Assembly (NCBI GenBank): GCA_964016885.1
Contig: OZ024742.1
Span: forward strand, 162,750,001 to 162,814,000
Origin: Eledone cirrhosa
Taxonomy: Eukaryota
DNA: 64,000 bases
Direction: 5' to 3'
Position numbers and translations under genes: made by a program. Positions 24,060 through 37,429 of this stretch are shown here, one piece after another; within the stretch, counting starts at the first letter, position 1; every line of letters starts with the position of its first letter. The notes beneath the pieces were generated by a model that saw nothing but the letters and a program-made list of their open reading frames with translations, had not been told where the DNA came from and did not search any database.

Positions 24060-27000
24060 TTATCTCCCCTTGGACGGCTGCAAATTATCTACCCTTGATT
24101 TTTTTAACATATTATCTCCCCCTGATTTTTTTTTACAAATTATCTCCGCCTGATTTTTTTTTACAAATTATCTACGCCTAATTTTTTTTACAAATTATCT
24201 CCCCCTGATTTTTTTTTTACAAATTATCTCCCCCTGATTTTTTTTACAAATTATCTCCCCCTGATTTTTTTTTACAAATTATCTCCCCCTGATTTTTTTA
24301 CAAATTATCTCCCCCCTGATTTTTTTTACAATCTCCGCCTGATTTTTTTAAAAATTATCTTCCCTTGGCTGGCGGGAAATTATCTCCCCTTGGACGGCTG
24401 GAAATTATATCCCCTTGGAAGGATGGAAATTATCTCCCCTTGGACGGCTGGAAATTATCTCCCCTTGGACGGCTGGAAATTATCGCCCCTTGGACAGCTG
24501 GAAATTATCTGCCCTTGATTTTGTTTTTACAAATTATCTCCCCCTGATTTTTTTTACAAATTATCTCCACCTGATTTTTTAAAAAATTATCTCCCCTTGG
24601 ACGGCTGGAAATTATCTCCCCTTGATTTTTTTACAAATTATCTCCCCCTGATTTTTTTTACAAATTATCTCCCCCTGATTTTTTTTTTACAAATTATCTC
24701 CCCCTGATTTTTTTACAAATTATCTCCCCCTGATTTTTTTTACAAATTATCTCCGCCTGATTTTTTTAAATATTATCTTCCCTTGGCTGGCGGGAAATTA
24801 TCTCCCCTTGGACGGCTGAAAATTATCTCCCCTTGGACGGCTGGAAATTATCTCCCCTTGATTTTTTTTACAAATTATCTCCCCCTGATTTTTTTTTACA
24901 AATTATCTCCCCCTGGTTTTTTTTTACAAATTATCTCCCCCTGATTTTTTTTTACAAATTATCTGCCCCTGATTTTTTTTACAAATTATCTCCCCCTGAT
25001 TTTTTTACAAATTATCTCCCCTTGGCTGGCTGGAAATTATCTCCCCTTGGAGGCTGGAATTTATCTCCCCTTGGACGGCTAGAAATCACCTCTCCTTGGA
25101 AGGCTGGAAAATATTTCTCCTTGGACGGCTGGATATTATCTACCCTTGGACGGGTGGAAATTATCTCCCCTTGGACGGCTGGAAATTATCTCCCCTTGGA
25201 CAGCTAGATATTACCTCCCCTTGGACGGCTGGAAATTATCTCCCCTTGATTTTTTTTACAAATTATCTCCCCCTGATTTTTTTTACAAATTATCTCCACC
25301 TGATTTTTTTACAAATTATCTCCTCCTGATTTTTTTTACAAATTATCTCCCCCTGATTTTTTTTTTACAAATTATCTCCCCCTGATTTTTTTACAAATTA
25401 TCTCCGCCTGATTTTTTTAAATATTATCTTCCCTTGGCTGGCGGGAAATTATCTCCCCTTGGACGGCTGAAAATTATCTCCCCTTGGACGGCTGGAAATT
25501 ATCTCCCCTTGATTTTTTTTACAAATTATCTCCCCCTGATTATTTTTTACAAATTATCTTTCCCTGATTTTTTTTACAAATTATCTCCTCCTGATTTTTT
25601 TTACAAATTATCTCCCCCTGATTTTTTTACAAGTTATCTCCCCTTGGCTGGCTGGAAATTATCTCCCCTTGGAGGCTGGAATTTATCTCCCCTTGGACGG
25701 CTGGAAATTATCTCTCCTTGGACGGCTAGTAATTACCTCTCCTTGGACGGCTGGAAAATATGTCTCGTTGGAGGGCTGGAAATTATCTCCCCTTGGACGG
25801 CTGGAAATTATCTCCCCTTGGACAGCTGGAAATTATCTGCCCTTGATTTTGTTTTTACAAATTATCTCCCCCTGATTTTTTTTACAAATTATCTCCACCT
25901 GATTTTTTAAAAAATTATCTCCCCTTGGACGGCTGGAAATTATCTCCCCTTGATTTTTTTACAAATTATCTCCCCCTGATTTTTTTTACAAATTATCTCC
26001 CCCTGATTTTTTGTTACAAATTATCTCCCCCTGATTTTTTTACAAATTATCTCCCCCTGATTTTTTTTACAAATTATCTCCGCCTGATTTTTTTAAATAT
26101 TATCTTCCCTTGGCTGGCGGGAAATTATCTCCCCTTGGACGGCTGAAAATTATCTCCCCTTGGACGGCTGGAAATTATCTCCCCTTGATTTTTTTTACAA
26201 ATTATCTCCCCCTGATTTTTTTTTACAAATTATCTCCCCCTGATTTTTTTTTACAAATTATCTCCCCCTGATTTTTTTTTACAAATTATCTCCCCCTGAT
26301 TTTTTTACAAATTATCTCCCCTTGGCTGGCTGGAAATTATCTCCCCTTGGAGGCTGGAATTTATCTCCCCTTGGACGGCTAGAAATTACCTCTCCTTGGA
26401 CGGCTGGAAAATATGTCTCCTTGGACGGCTGGATATTATCTACCCTTGGACGGCTGGAAATTATCTCCCCTTGGACGGCTGGAAATTATCTCCCCTTGGA
26501 CGGCTAGATATTACCTCCCCTTGGACGGCTGGAAATTATCTCCCCTTGATTTTTTTTACAAATTATCTCCCCCTGATTTTTTTTTACGAATTATCTCCCC
26601 CTGATTTTTTTTTACAAATTATCTCCGCCTGATTTTTTTTTTTAAATTATCTCCCCTTGAACGGCTGGAAATTATCTCCCCTTGGACGGCTGGAAATTAT
26701 CTCCCCTTGGACGGCTAGAAATTACCTCTCCTTGGACGGCTGAAAATTATCTCCCCTTGGACGGCTGCAAATTATCTCCCCTTGATTTTTTTAACATATT
26801 ATCTCCCCCTGATTTTTTTTTACAAATTATCTCCCCCTGATTTTTTTTTACAAATTATCTACGCCTAATTTTTTTTACAAATTATCTCCCCCTGATTTTT
26901 TTTTTACAAATTATCTCCCCCTGATTTTTTTTACAAATTATCTCCCCCTGATTTTTTTTTACAAATTATCTCCCCCTGATTTTTTTACAAATTATGTCCC

Positions 27001-28860
27001 CCCTGATTTTTTTTACAATCTCCGCCTGATTTTTTTAAAAATTATCTTCCCTTGGCTGGCGGGAAATTATCTCCCCTTGGACGGCTGGAAATTATATCCC
27101 CTTGGAAGGATGGAAATTATCTCCCCTTGGACGGCTGGAAATTATCTCCCCTTGGACGGCTGCAAATTATCTCCCCTTGATTTTTTTAACATATTATCTC
27201 CCCCTGATTTTTTTTTACAAATTATCTCCCCCTGATTTTTTTTTACAAATTATCTACGCCTAATTTTTTTTACAAATTATCTCCCCCTGATTTTTTTTTT
27301 ACCAATTATCTCCCCCTGATTTTTTTTACAAATTATCTCCCCCTGATTTTTTTTTACAAATTATCTCCCCCTGATTTTTTTACAAATTATCTCCCCCCTG
27401 ATTTTTTTTACAATCTCCGCCTGATTTTTTTAAAAATTATCTTCCCTTGGCTGGCGGGAAATTATCTCCCCTTGGACGGCTGGAAATTATATCCCCTTGG
27501 AAGGATGGAAATTATCTCCCCTTGGACGGCTGGAAATTATCTCCCCTTGGACGGCTGGAAATTATCGCCCCTTGGACAGCTGGAAATTATCTGCCCTTGA
27601 TTTTGTTTTTAAAAATTATCTCCCCCTGATTTTTTTTACAAATTATCTCCACCTGATTTTTTAAAAAATTATCTCCCCTTGGACGGCTGGAAATTATCTC
27701 CCCTTGATTTTTTTACAAATTATCTCCCCCTGATTTTTTTTACAAATTATCTCCCCCTGATTTTTTTTTTACAAATTATCTCCCCCTGATTTTTTTACAA
27801 ATTATCTCCCCCTGATTTTTTTTACAAATTATCTCCGCCTGATTTTTTTAAATATTATCTTCCCTTGGCTGGCGGGAAATTATCTCCCCTTGGACGGCTG
27901 AAAATTATCTCCCCTTGGACGGCTGGAAATTATCTCCCCTTGATTTTTTTTACAAATTATCTCCCCCTGATTTTTTTTTACAAATTATCTCCCCCTGATT
28001 TTTTTTTACAAATTATCTCCCCCTGATTTTTTTTTACAAATTATCTGCCCCTGATTTTTTTTACAAATTATCTCCCCCTGATTTTTTTACAAATTATCTC
28101 CCCTTGGCTGGCTGGAAATTATCTCCCCTTGGAGGCTGGAATTTATCTCCCCTTGGACGGCTAGAAATCACCTCTCCTTGGAAGGCTGGAAAATATTTCT
28201 CCTTGGACGGCTGGATATTATCTACCCTTGGACGGGTGGAAATTATCTCCCCTTGGACGGCTGGAAATTATCTCCCCTTGGACAGCTAGATATTACCTCC
28301 CCTTGGACGGCTGGAAATTATCTCCCCTTGATTTTTTTTACAAATTATCTCCCCCTGATTTTTTTTACAAATTATCTCCACCTGATTTTTTTACAAATTA
28401 TCTCCTCCTGATTTTTTTTACAAATTATCTCCCCCTGATTTTTTTTTTACAAATTATCTCCCCCTGATTTTTTTACAAATTATCTCCGCCTGATTTTTTT
28501 AAATATTATCTTCCCTTGGCTGGCGGGAAATTATCTCCCCTTGGACGGCTGAAAATTATCTCCCCTTGGACGGCTGGAAATTATCTCCCCTTGATTTTTT
28601 TTACAAATTATCTCCCCCTGATTATTTTTTACAAATTATCTTTCCCTGATTTTTTTTTACAAATTATCTCCTGATTTTTTTTACAAATTATCTCCCCCTG
28701 ATTTTTTTACAAGTTATCTCCCCTTGGAGGCTGGAATTTATCTCCCCTTGGACGGCTGGAAATTATCTCTCCTTGGACGGCTAGTAATTACCTCTCCTTG
28801 GACGGCTGGAAAATATGTCTCGTTGGAGGGCTGGAAATCATCTCCCCTTGGACGGCTGGA
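24060..28860 (+). repeat. Direct repeat pair ~24060-25800 and ~27145-28860 (offset 3082 bp), with a nested 395-bp duplication at ~26750-27545
   Basis: ORF pairs 24365/27447, 25096/28178 and 25146/28228. Shared markers AGAAATCACC, GAAGGCTGG, GACAGCTAG, ACAAGTTATC and CTAGTAATT. GCTGCAAATT..AACATATT occurs at ~26764 and ~27159. Confidence 0.86.
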
Positions 28861-31800
28861 AATTATCTCCCCTTGGACGGCTGGAAATTATCTCTCCTTG
28901 GACGGCTAGAAATTACCTCTCCTTGGACGGCTGAAAATTATCTCTCCTTGGACGGCTGGAAATTATCTCCCCTTGGACGCCTAGATATTACCTCCCATTG
29001 GACGGCTGGAAATTATCTCCCCTTGATTTTTTTTACAAATTATCTCCCCCTGATTTTTTTTACAAATTATCTCCACCTGATTTTTTTACAAATTATCTCC
29101 CCCTGATTTTTTTTACAAATTATCTCCGCCTAATTTTTTTAAATATTATCTTCCCTTGGCTGGCGGGAAATTATCTCCCCTTGGACGGCTGAAAATTATC
29201 TCCCCTTGGACGGCTGGAAATTATCTCCCCTTGATTTTTTTTACAAATTATCTCCCCCTGATTTTTTTTTACAAATTATCTCCCCCTGATTTTTTTTTAC
29301 AAATTATCTCCCCCTGATTTTTTTTTACAAATTATCTCCCCCTGATTTTTTTACAAATTATCTCCCCTTGGCTGGCTGGAAATTATCTCCCCTTGGAGGC
29401 TGGAATTTATCTCCCCTTGGACGGCTAGAAATTACCTCTCCTTGGACGGCTGGAAAATATGTCCTTGGACGGCTGGATATTATCTACCCTTGGACGGCTG
29501 GAAATTATCTCCCCTTGGACGGCTGGAAATTATCTCCCCTTGGACGGCTAGATATTACCTCCCCTTGGACGGCTGGAAATTATCTCCCCTTGATTTTTTT
29601 TACAAATTATCTCCCCCTGATTTTTTTTACAAATCTAATGATTTTTTAAAAAAAATTATCTCCCCTTCGCTGGCTGGAAATTATCTCCCCTTGGACGCTG
29701 GAAATTATAGCCCCTTGGAGGGCTGGAAATTATCTTCCCTTGGACGGCTGGAAATTATCTCCCCTTGGCTCGAAATTATCTCCCCTTGGACGGCTAGAAA
29801 TTATCTCTCTTCGGACGGCTGGAAATTATCTCCCTTTGATTTTTTTTACAAATTATCTCCTCCTGATTTTTTTTACAAATCTCCCCCTGATTTTTTAAAA
29901 AAAATTATCTCCCCTTCGCTGGCTGGAAATTATCTCCCCTTGGACACTGGAAATTATAGCCCCTTGGAGGGCTGGAAATTATCTTCCCTTGGACGGCTGG
30001 AAATTATCTCTGCTTGATTTTTTTTACAAATTATCTCCCCCTGATTTTTTTTTACAAATTATCCCCCCCGATTTTTTTTACAAATTATCTCCCCCTGATT
30101 TTTTTTACAAATTATCTCCCCTTGGACGGCTGGAAATTATCTCCCCTTGGACGGCTGGAAATTATCTCCCCTTGGACGGCTAGAAATTACCTCTCCTTGG
30201 ACGACTGAAAATTATCTCCCCTTGGACGGCTGCAAATTATCTCCCCTTGATTTTTTTTACAAATTATCTCCGCCTGATTTTTTTTTTAAAATTATCTCCT
30301 CTTGGACGGCTGGAAATTACCTCCCCTTGGACGGCTGGAAATTATCTCCCCTTGGACGGCTAGAAATTACCTCTCATTGGACGGCTGAAAATTATCTCCC
30401 CTTGGACGGCTGGAAATTATCTCCCCTTGATTTTTTTTACAAATTATCTCCCCCTGATTTTTTTTTACAAATTATCTCCCCCTGATTTTTTTTTTACAAA
30501 TTATCTCCGCCTGATTTTTTTTTAAAATTATCTCTCCTTGGACGGCTGGATATTATCTCCCCTTTCATTTTTTTTACAAATTATCTCCCCCTGATTTTTT
30601 TTACAAATTATCTCCCCCTGATTTTTTTTTACAAATTATCTACCCCTAATTTTTTTTTACAAATTATCTCCCCCTGATTTTTTTTACAAATTATCTCCCC
30701 CTGATTTTTTTACAAATTATCTCCCCTTGGCTGGCTGGAAATTATCTCCCCTTGGACGGCTAGAAATTACCTCTCCTTGGACGGCTGGAAAATATGTCCT
30801 TGGACGGCTGGATATTATCTACCCTTGGACGGCTGGAAATTATCTCCCCTTGGACGGCTGGAAATTATCTCCCCTTGGACGGCTAGATATTACCTCCCCT
30901 TGGACGGCTGGAAATTATCTCCCCTTGATTTTTTTTACAAATTATCTCCCCCTGATTTTTTTTTACAAATTATCTCCCCCTGATTTTTTTTTACAAATTA
31001 TCTACCCCTGATTTTTTTTTACAAATTATCTCCCCCTGATTTTTTTTACAAATTATCTCCCCCTGATTTTTTTTTACAAATTATCTCCCCCTGATTTTTT
31101 TTTACAAATTATCTACCCCTGATTTTTTTTTACAAATTATCTCCCCCTGATTTTTTTTACAAATTATCTCCCCCTGATTTTTTTTACAAATTATCTCCCC
31201 CTGATTTTTTTACAAATTATCTCCCCCTGATTTTTTTTACAAATTATCTCCGCCTAATTTTTTTAAATATTATCTTCCCTTGGCTGGCGGGAAATTATCT
31301 CCCCTTGGACGGCTGAAAATTATCTCCCCTTGGACGGATGGAAATTATCTCCCCTTGATTTTTTTACAAATTATCTCCCCCTGATTATTTTTTACAAATT
31401 ATCTCCCTCTGATTTTTTTTACAAATTATCTCCCCTTGGCTGGCTGGAAATTATCTCCCCTTGGAGGCTGGAATTTATCTCCCCTTGGACGGTTTGAAAT
31501 TACCTTTCCTTGGACTGCTGGAAAATATGTCTCCTTGGACGGCTGGAAATTATCTCCCCTTGGACGGCTGGAAATTATCTCCCCTTGGACGGCTGGAAAT
31601 TATCTCTCCTCGGACGACTAGAAATTACCTCTCCTTGGACAGCTGAAAATTATCTCCCCTTGGACGGCTGGAAATTATCTCCCCTTGATTATTTTTACAA
31701 ATTATCTCCCCCTGATTTTTTTTTACAAATTATCTCCCCCTGATTTTTTTTTACAAATTATCTCCCCCTGATTTTTTTTACAAATTATCTCCCCCTGATA

Positions 31801-33100
31801 TTTTTTACAAATTATCTCCCCCTGATTTTTTTACAAATTATCTCCCCTTGGCTGGCTGGAAATTATCTCCCCTTGGAGGCTGGAATTTATCTCCCCTTGG
31901 ACGGCTAGAAATTACCTCGCCATGGACGGCTGGAAAATATGTCTCCTTGGACGGCTGGAAATTATCTCCCCTTGGACGGCTGGAAATTATCTCCCCTTGG
32001 ACGGCTGGAAATTATCTCCCCTTGGACGGCTAGATATTACCTCCCCTTGGACGGCTGGAAATTATCTCCCCTTGATTTTTTTTACAAATTATCTCCCCCT
32101 GATTTTTTTTTACAAATTATCTCCCCCTGATTTTTTTTTACGAATTATCTCCCCCTGATTTTTTTTTACAAATTATCTCCGCCTGATTTTTTTTAAAAAA
32201 TTATCTCCCCTTGAACGGCTGGAAATTATCTCCCCTTGGACGGCTGGAAATTATCTCCCCTTGGACGGCTAGAAATTACCTCTCCTTGGACGGCTGAAAA
32301 TTATCTCCCCTTGGACGGCTGCAAATTATCTCCCCTTGATTTTTTAACAAATTATCTCCCCCTGATTTTTTTTTACAAATTATCTCCCCCTGATTTTTTT
32401 TTACAAATTATCTACGCCTAATTTTTTTTACAAATTATCTCCCCCTGATTTTTTTTTACAAATTATCTCCCCCTGATTTTTTTTACAAATTATCTCCCCC
32501 TGATTTTTTTTTACAAATTATTTCCCCCTGATTTTTTTACAAATTATCTCCCCCCTGATTTTTTTTACAATCTCCGCCTGATTTTTTTAAAAATTATCTT
32601 CCCTTGAATGGCGGGAAATTATCTCCCCTTGGACGGCTGGAAATTATATCCCCTTGGAAGGATGGAAATTATCTCCCCTTGGACGGCTGGAAATTATCTC
32701 CCCTTGGACGGCTGGAAATTATCTCCCCTTGGACAGCTGGAAATTATCTGCCCTTGATTTTGTTTTTACAAATTATCTCCCCCTGATTTTTTTTACAAAT
32801 TATCTCCACCTGATTTTTTAAAAAATTATCTCCCCTTGGACGGCTGGAAATTATCTCCCCTTGATTTTTTTACAAATTATCTCCCCCTGATTTTTTTTAC
32901 AAATTATCTCCCCCTGATTTTTTTTTACAAATTATCTCCCCCTGATTTTTTTACAAATTATCTCCCCCTGATTTTTTTTACAAATTATCTCCGCCTGATT
33001 TTTTAAAATATTATCTTCCCTTGGCTGGCGGGAAATTATCTCCCCTTGGACGGCTGAAAATTATCTCCCCTTGGACGGCTGGAAATTATCTCCCCTTGAT
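28740..33100 (+). repeat. Block paralogous to ~39850-44390 (offset ~11.0-11.35 kb, more diverged, with internal deletions)
   Basis: ORF pairs 29368/40395, 29442/40469 and 29989/41016 (11027); 31436/42782 and 31848/43194 (11346); 32604/43894 (11290). Confidence 0.82.
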
Positions 33101-36100
33101 TTTTTTACAAATTATCTCCCCTTGATTTTTTTTACAAATTATCTCCCCCTGATTTTTTTTACAAATTATCTCCCCCTGATTTTTTTTTACAAATTATCTC
33201 CCCCTGATTTTTTTTACCAGTTATCTCACCCTGATTTTTTTTACAAATTATCTCTCCCTGATTTTTTTACAAATTATCTCCCCTTGGCTGGCTGGAAATT
33301 ATCTCCCCTTGGAGGCTGGAATTTATCTCCCCTTGGACGGCTAGAAATTACCTCTCCTTGGACGGCTGGAAAATATGTCTCCTTGGACGGCTGGATATTA
33401 TCTACCCTTGGACGGCTGGAAATTATCTCCCCTTGGACGGCTGGAAATTATCTCCCCTTGATTTTTTTACAAATTATCTCCCCCTGATTTTTTTACAAAT
33501 TATCTCCCCCTGATTTTTTTTACAAATTATCTCCGCCTAATTTTTTTAAATATTATCTTCCCTTGGCTGGCGGGAAATTATCTCCCCTTGGACGGCTGAA
33601 AATTATCTCCCCTTGGACGGCTGGAAATTATCTCCCCTTGATTTTTTTTACAAATTATCTCCCCCTGATTATTTTTTACAAATTATCTCCCCCTGATTTT
33701 TTTTACAAATTATCTCCCCCTGATCTTTTTACAAATTATCTCCCCTTGGCTGGCTGGAAATTATCTCCTCCTGGAGGCTGGAATTTATCTCCCCTTGGAC
33801 GGCTAGAAATTACCTCTCCTTGGACGGCTGGAAAATATGTCTCCTTGGACGGCTGGAAATTATCTCCCCTTGGACGGCTGGAAATTATCTCCCCTTGGAC
33901 GGCTGGAAATTATCTCTCCTTGGAAGGCTAGAAATTACCTCTCCTTGGACGGCTGAAAATTATCTCCCCTTGGACGGCTGGAAATTATCTCCCCTTGATT
34001 TTTGTTACAAATTATCTCCCCCTGATTTTTTTTTTACAAATTATCTCCCCCTGATTTTTTTACAAATTATCTCCCCCTGATTTTTTTTACAAATTATCTC
34101 CGCCTGATTTTTTTAAATATTATCTTCCCTTGGCTGGCGGGAAATTATCTCCCCTTGGACGGCTGAAAATTATTTCCCCTTGGACGGCTGGAAATTATCT
34201 CCCCTTGATTTTTTTTACAAATTATCTCCCCCTGATTTTTTTTTACAAATTATCTCCCCCTGATTTTTTTTTACAAATTATCTCCCCCTGATTTTTTTTA
34301 CAAATTATCTCCCCCTGATTTTTTTTACAAATCTCCTAATGATTTTTTTTAAAAAATTATCTCCCCTTCGCTGGCTGGAAATTATCTCCCCCTTGGACGC
34401 TGGAAATTATAGCCCCTTGGAGGGCTGGAAATTATCTTCCCTTGGACGGCTGGAAATTATCTCCCCTTCATTTTTTTTACAAATTATCTACCCCTGATTT
34501 TTTTTACAAATTATCTCCCCCTGATTTTTTTTACAAATTATCTCCCCCTGATTTTTTTACAAATTATCTCCCCCTGATTTTTTTACAAATTATCTCCCCC
34601 TGATTTTTTTTTACAAATTATCTACGCCTAATTTTTTTTACAAATTATCTCCCCCTGATTTTTTTTTACAAATTATCTCCCCCTGATTTTTTTTTACAAA
34701 TTATCTCCCCCTGATTTTTTTTTACAAATTATCTCCCCCTGATTTTTTTACAAATTATCTCCCCCCTGATTTTTATTACAATCTCCGCCTGATTTTTTAA
34801 AAAATTATCTTCCCTTGGCTGGCGGGAAATTATCTCCCCTTGGACGGCTGGAAATTATATCCCCTTGGAAGGATCGAAATTATCTCCCCTTGGACGGCTG
34901 GAAATTATCTCCCCTTGGACGGCTGGAAATTATCTCCCCTTGGACAGCTGGAAATTATCTGCCCTTGATTTTGTTTTTACAAATTATCTCCCCCTGATTT
35001 TTTTTACAAATTATCTCCACCTGATTTTTAAAAAAATTATCTCCCCTTGGACGGCTGGAAATTATCTCCCCTTGGCTCGAAATTATCTCCCCTTGGACGG
35101 CTAGAAATTATCTCTCTTTGGACGGCTGGAAATTATCTCCCTTTGGACACTGGAAATTATAGCCCCTTGGAGGGCTGGAAATTATCTTCCCTTGGACGGC
35201 TGGAAATTACCTCTCCTTGATTTTTTTTACAAATTTTCTCCCCCTGATTTTTTTTTACAAATTATCCCCCCCGATTTTTTTTACAAATTATCTCCCCCTG
35301 ATTTTTTTTACAAATTATCTCCCCTTGGACGGCTGGAAATTATCTCCCCTTGGACGGCTGGAAATTATCTCCCCTTGGACGGCTAGAAATTACCTCTCAT
35401 TGGACGGCTGAAAATTATCTCCCCTTGGACGGCTGGAAATTATCTCCCCTTCATTTTCTTTACAATTATCTCCCCCTGATTTTTTTTTACAAATTATCTC
35501 CCCCTGATTTTTTTTTTACAAATTATCTCCGCCTGATTTTTTTTAAAAATTATCTCTCCTTGGACGGCTGGATATTATCTCCCCTTTCATTTTTTTTACA
35601 AATTATCTCCCCCTGATTTTTTTTACAAATTATCTCCCCCTGATTTTTTTTTACAAATTATCTACCCCTGATTTTTTTTTACAAATTATCTCCCCCTGAT
35701 TTTTTTTACAAATTATCTCCTCCTGATTTTTTTTTTACAAATTATCTCCCCCTGATTTTTTTTACAAATTATCTCCGCCTGATTTTTTTAAATATTATCT
35801 TCCCTTGGCTGGCGGGAAATTATCTCCCCTTGGACGGCTGAAAATTATCTCCCCTTGGACGGCTGGAAATTATCTCCCCTTGATTTTTTTTACAAATTAT
35901 CTCCCCCTGATTTATTTTTACTAATTATCTCCCCCTGATTTTTTTTTACAAATTATCTCCCCCTGATTTTTTTTTACAAATTATCTCCCCCTGATTTTTT
36001 TTACAAATTATCTCCCCCTGATTTTTTTACAAATTATCTCCCCTTGGCTGGCTGGAAATTATCTCCACTTGGAGGCTGGAATTTATCTCCCCTTGGACGG

Positions 36101-37429
36101 CTAGAAATTACCTCTCCTTGGACGGCTGGAAAATATGTCCTTGGACAGCTGGATATTATCTACCCTTGGACGGCTGGAAATTATCTCCTTTTCGACGGCT
36201 AGATATTACCTCCCCTTGGACGGCTGGAAATTATCTCCCCTTGATTTTTTTTACAAATTATCTCCCCCTGATTTTTTTTTACAAATTATCTCCCCCTGAT
36301 TTTTTTTTACAAATTATCTACCCCTGATTTTTTTTTACAAATTATCTCCCCCTGATTTTTTTTACAAATTATCTCCCCCTGATTTTTTTTTACAAATTAT
36401 CTCCCTCTGATTTTTTTTTACAAATTATCTACCCCTGATTTTTTTTACAAATTATCTCCCCCTGATTTTTTTTACAAATTATCTCCCCCTGATTTTGTTT
36501 ACAAATTATCTCCCCCTGATTTTTTTACAAATTATCTCCCCCTGATTTTTTTTACAAATTATCTCCGCCTAATTTTTTTAAATATTATCTTCCCTTGGCT
36601 GGCGGGAAATTATCTCCCCTTGGACGGCTGAAAATTATCTCCCCTTGGACGGCTGGAAATTATCTTACCCTTGATTTTTTTTACAAATTATCTCCCCCTG
36701 ATTATTTTTTACAAATTATCTCCCCCTGATTTTTTTTTACAAATTATCTCCCCCTGATTTTTTTTACAAATTATCTCCCCCTGATTTTTTTACAAATTAT
36801 CTCCCCTTGGCTGGCTGGAAATTATCTCCCCTTGGAGGCTGGAATTTATCTCCCCTTGGACGGTTAGAAATTACCTCTCCTTGGACGGCTGGAAAATATG
36901 TCTCCTTGGACGGCTGGAAATTATCGCCCCTTGGACGGCTGGAAATTATCTCCCCTTGGACGGCTAGAAATTACCTCTCCTTGGACGGCTGAAAATTATC
37001 TCCCCTTGGACGGCTGCAAATTATCTCCCCTTGATTTTTTAACAAATTATCTCCCCCTGATTTTTTTTTACAAATTATCTCCCCCTGATTTTTTTTTACA
37101 AATTATCTCCCCCTGATTTTTTTTTACAAATTATCTCCCCCTGATTTTTTTTACAATCTCCGCCTGATTTTTTTAAAAATTATCTTCCCTTGGCTGGCGG
37201 GAAATTATCTCCCCTTGGACGGCTGGAAATTATATCCCCTTGGAAGGATGGAAATTATCTCCCCTTGGACGGCTGGAAATTATCTCCCCTTGGACGGCTG
37301 GAAATTATCTCCCCTTGGACAGCTGGAAATTATCTGCCCTTGATTTTGTTTTTACAAATTATCTCCCCCTGATTTTTTTTACAAATTATCTCCACCTGAT
37401 TTTTTAAAAAATTATCTCCCCTTGGACGG

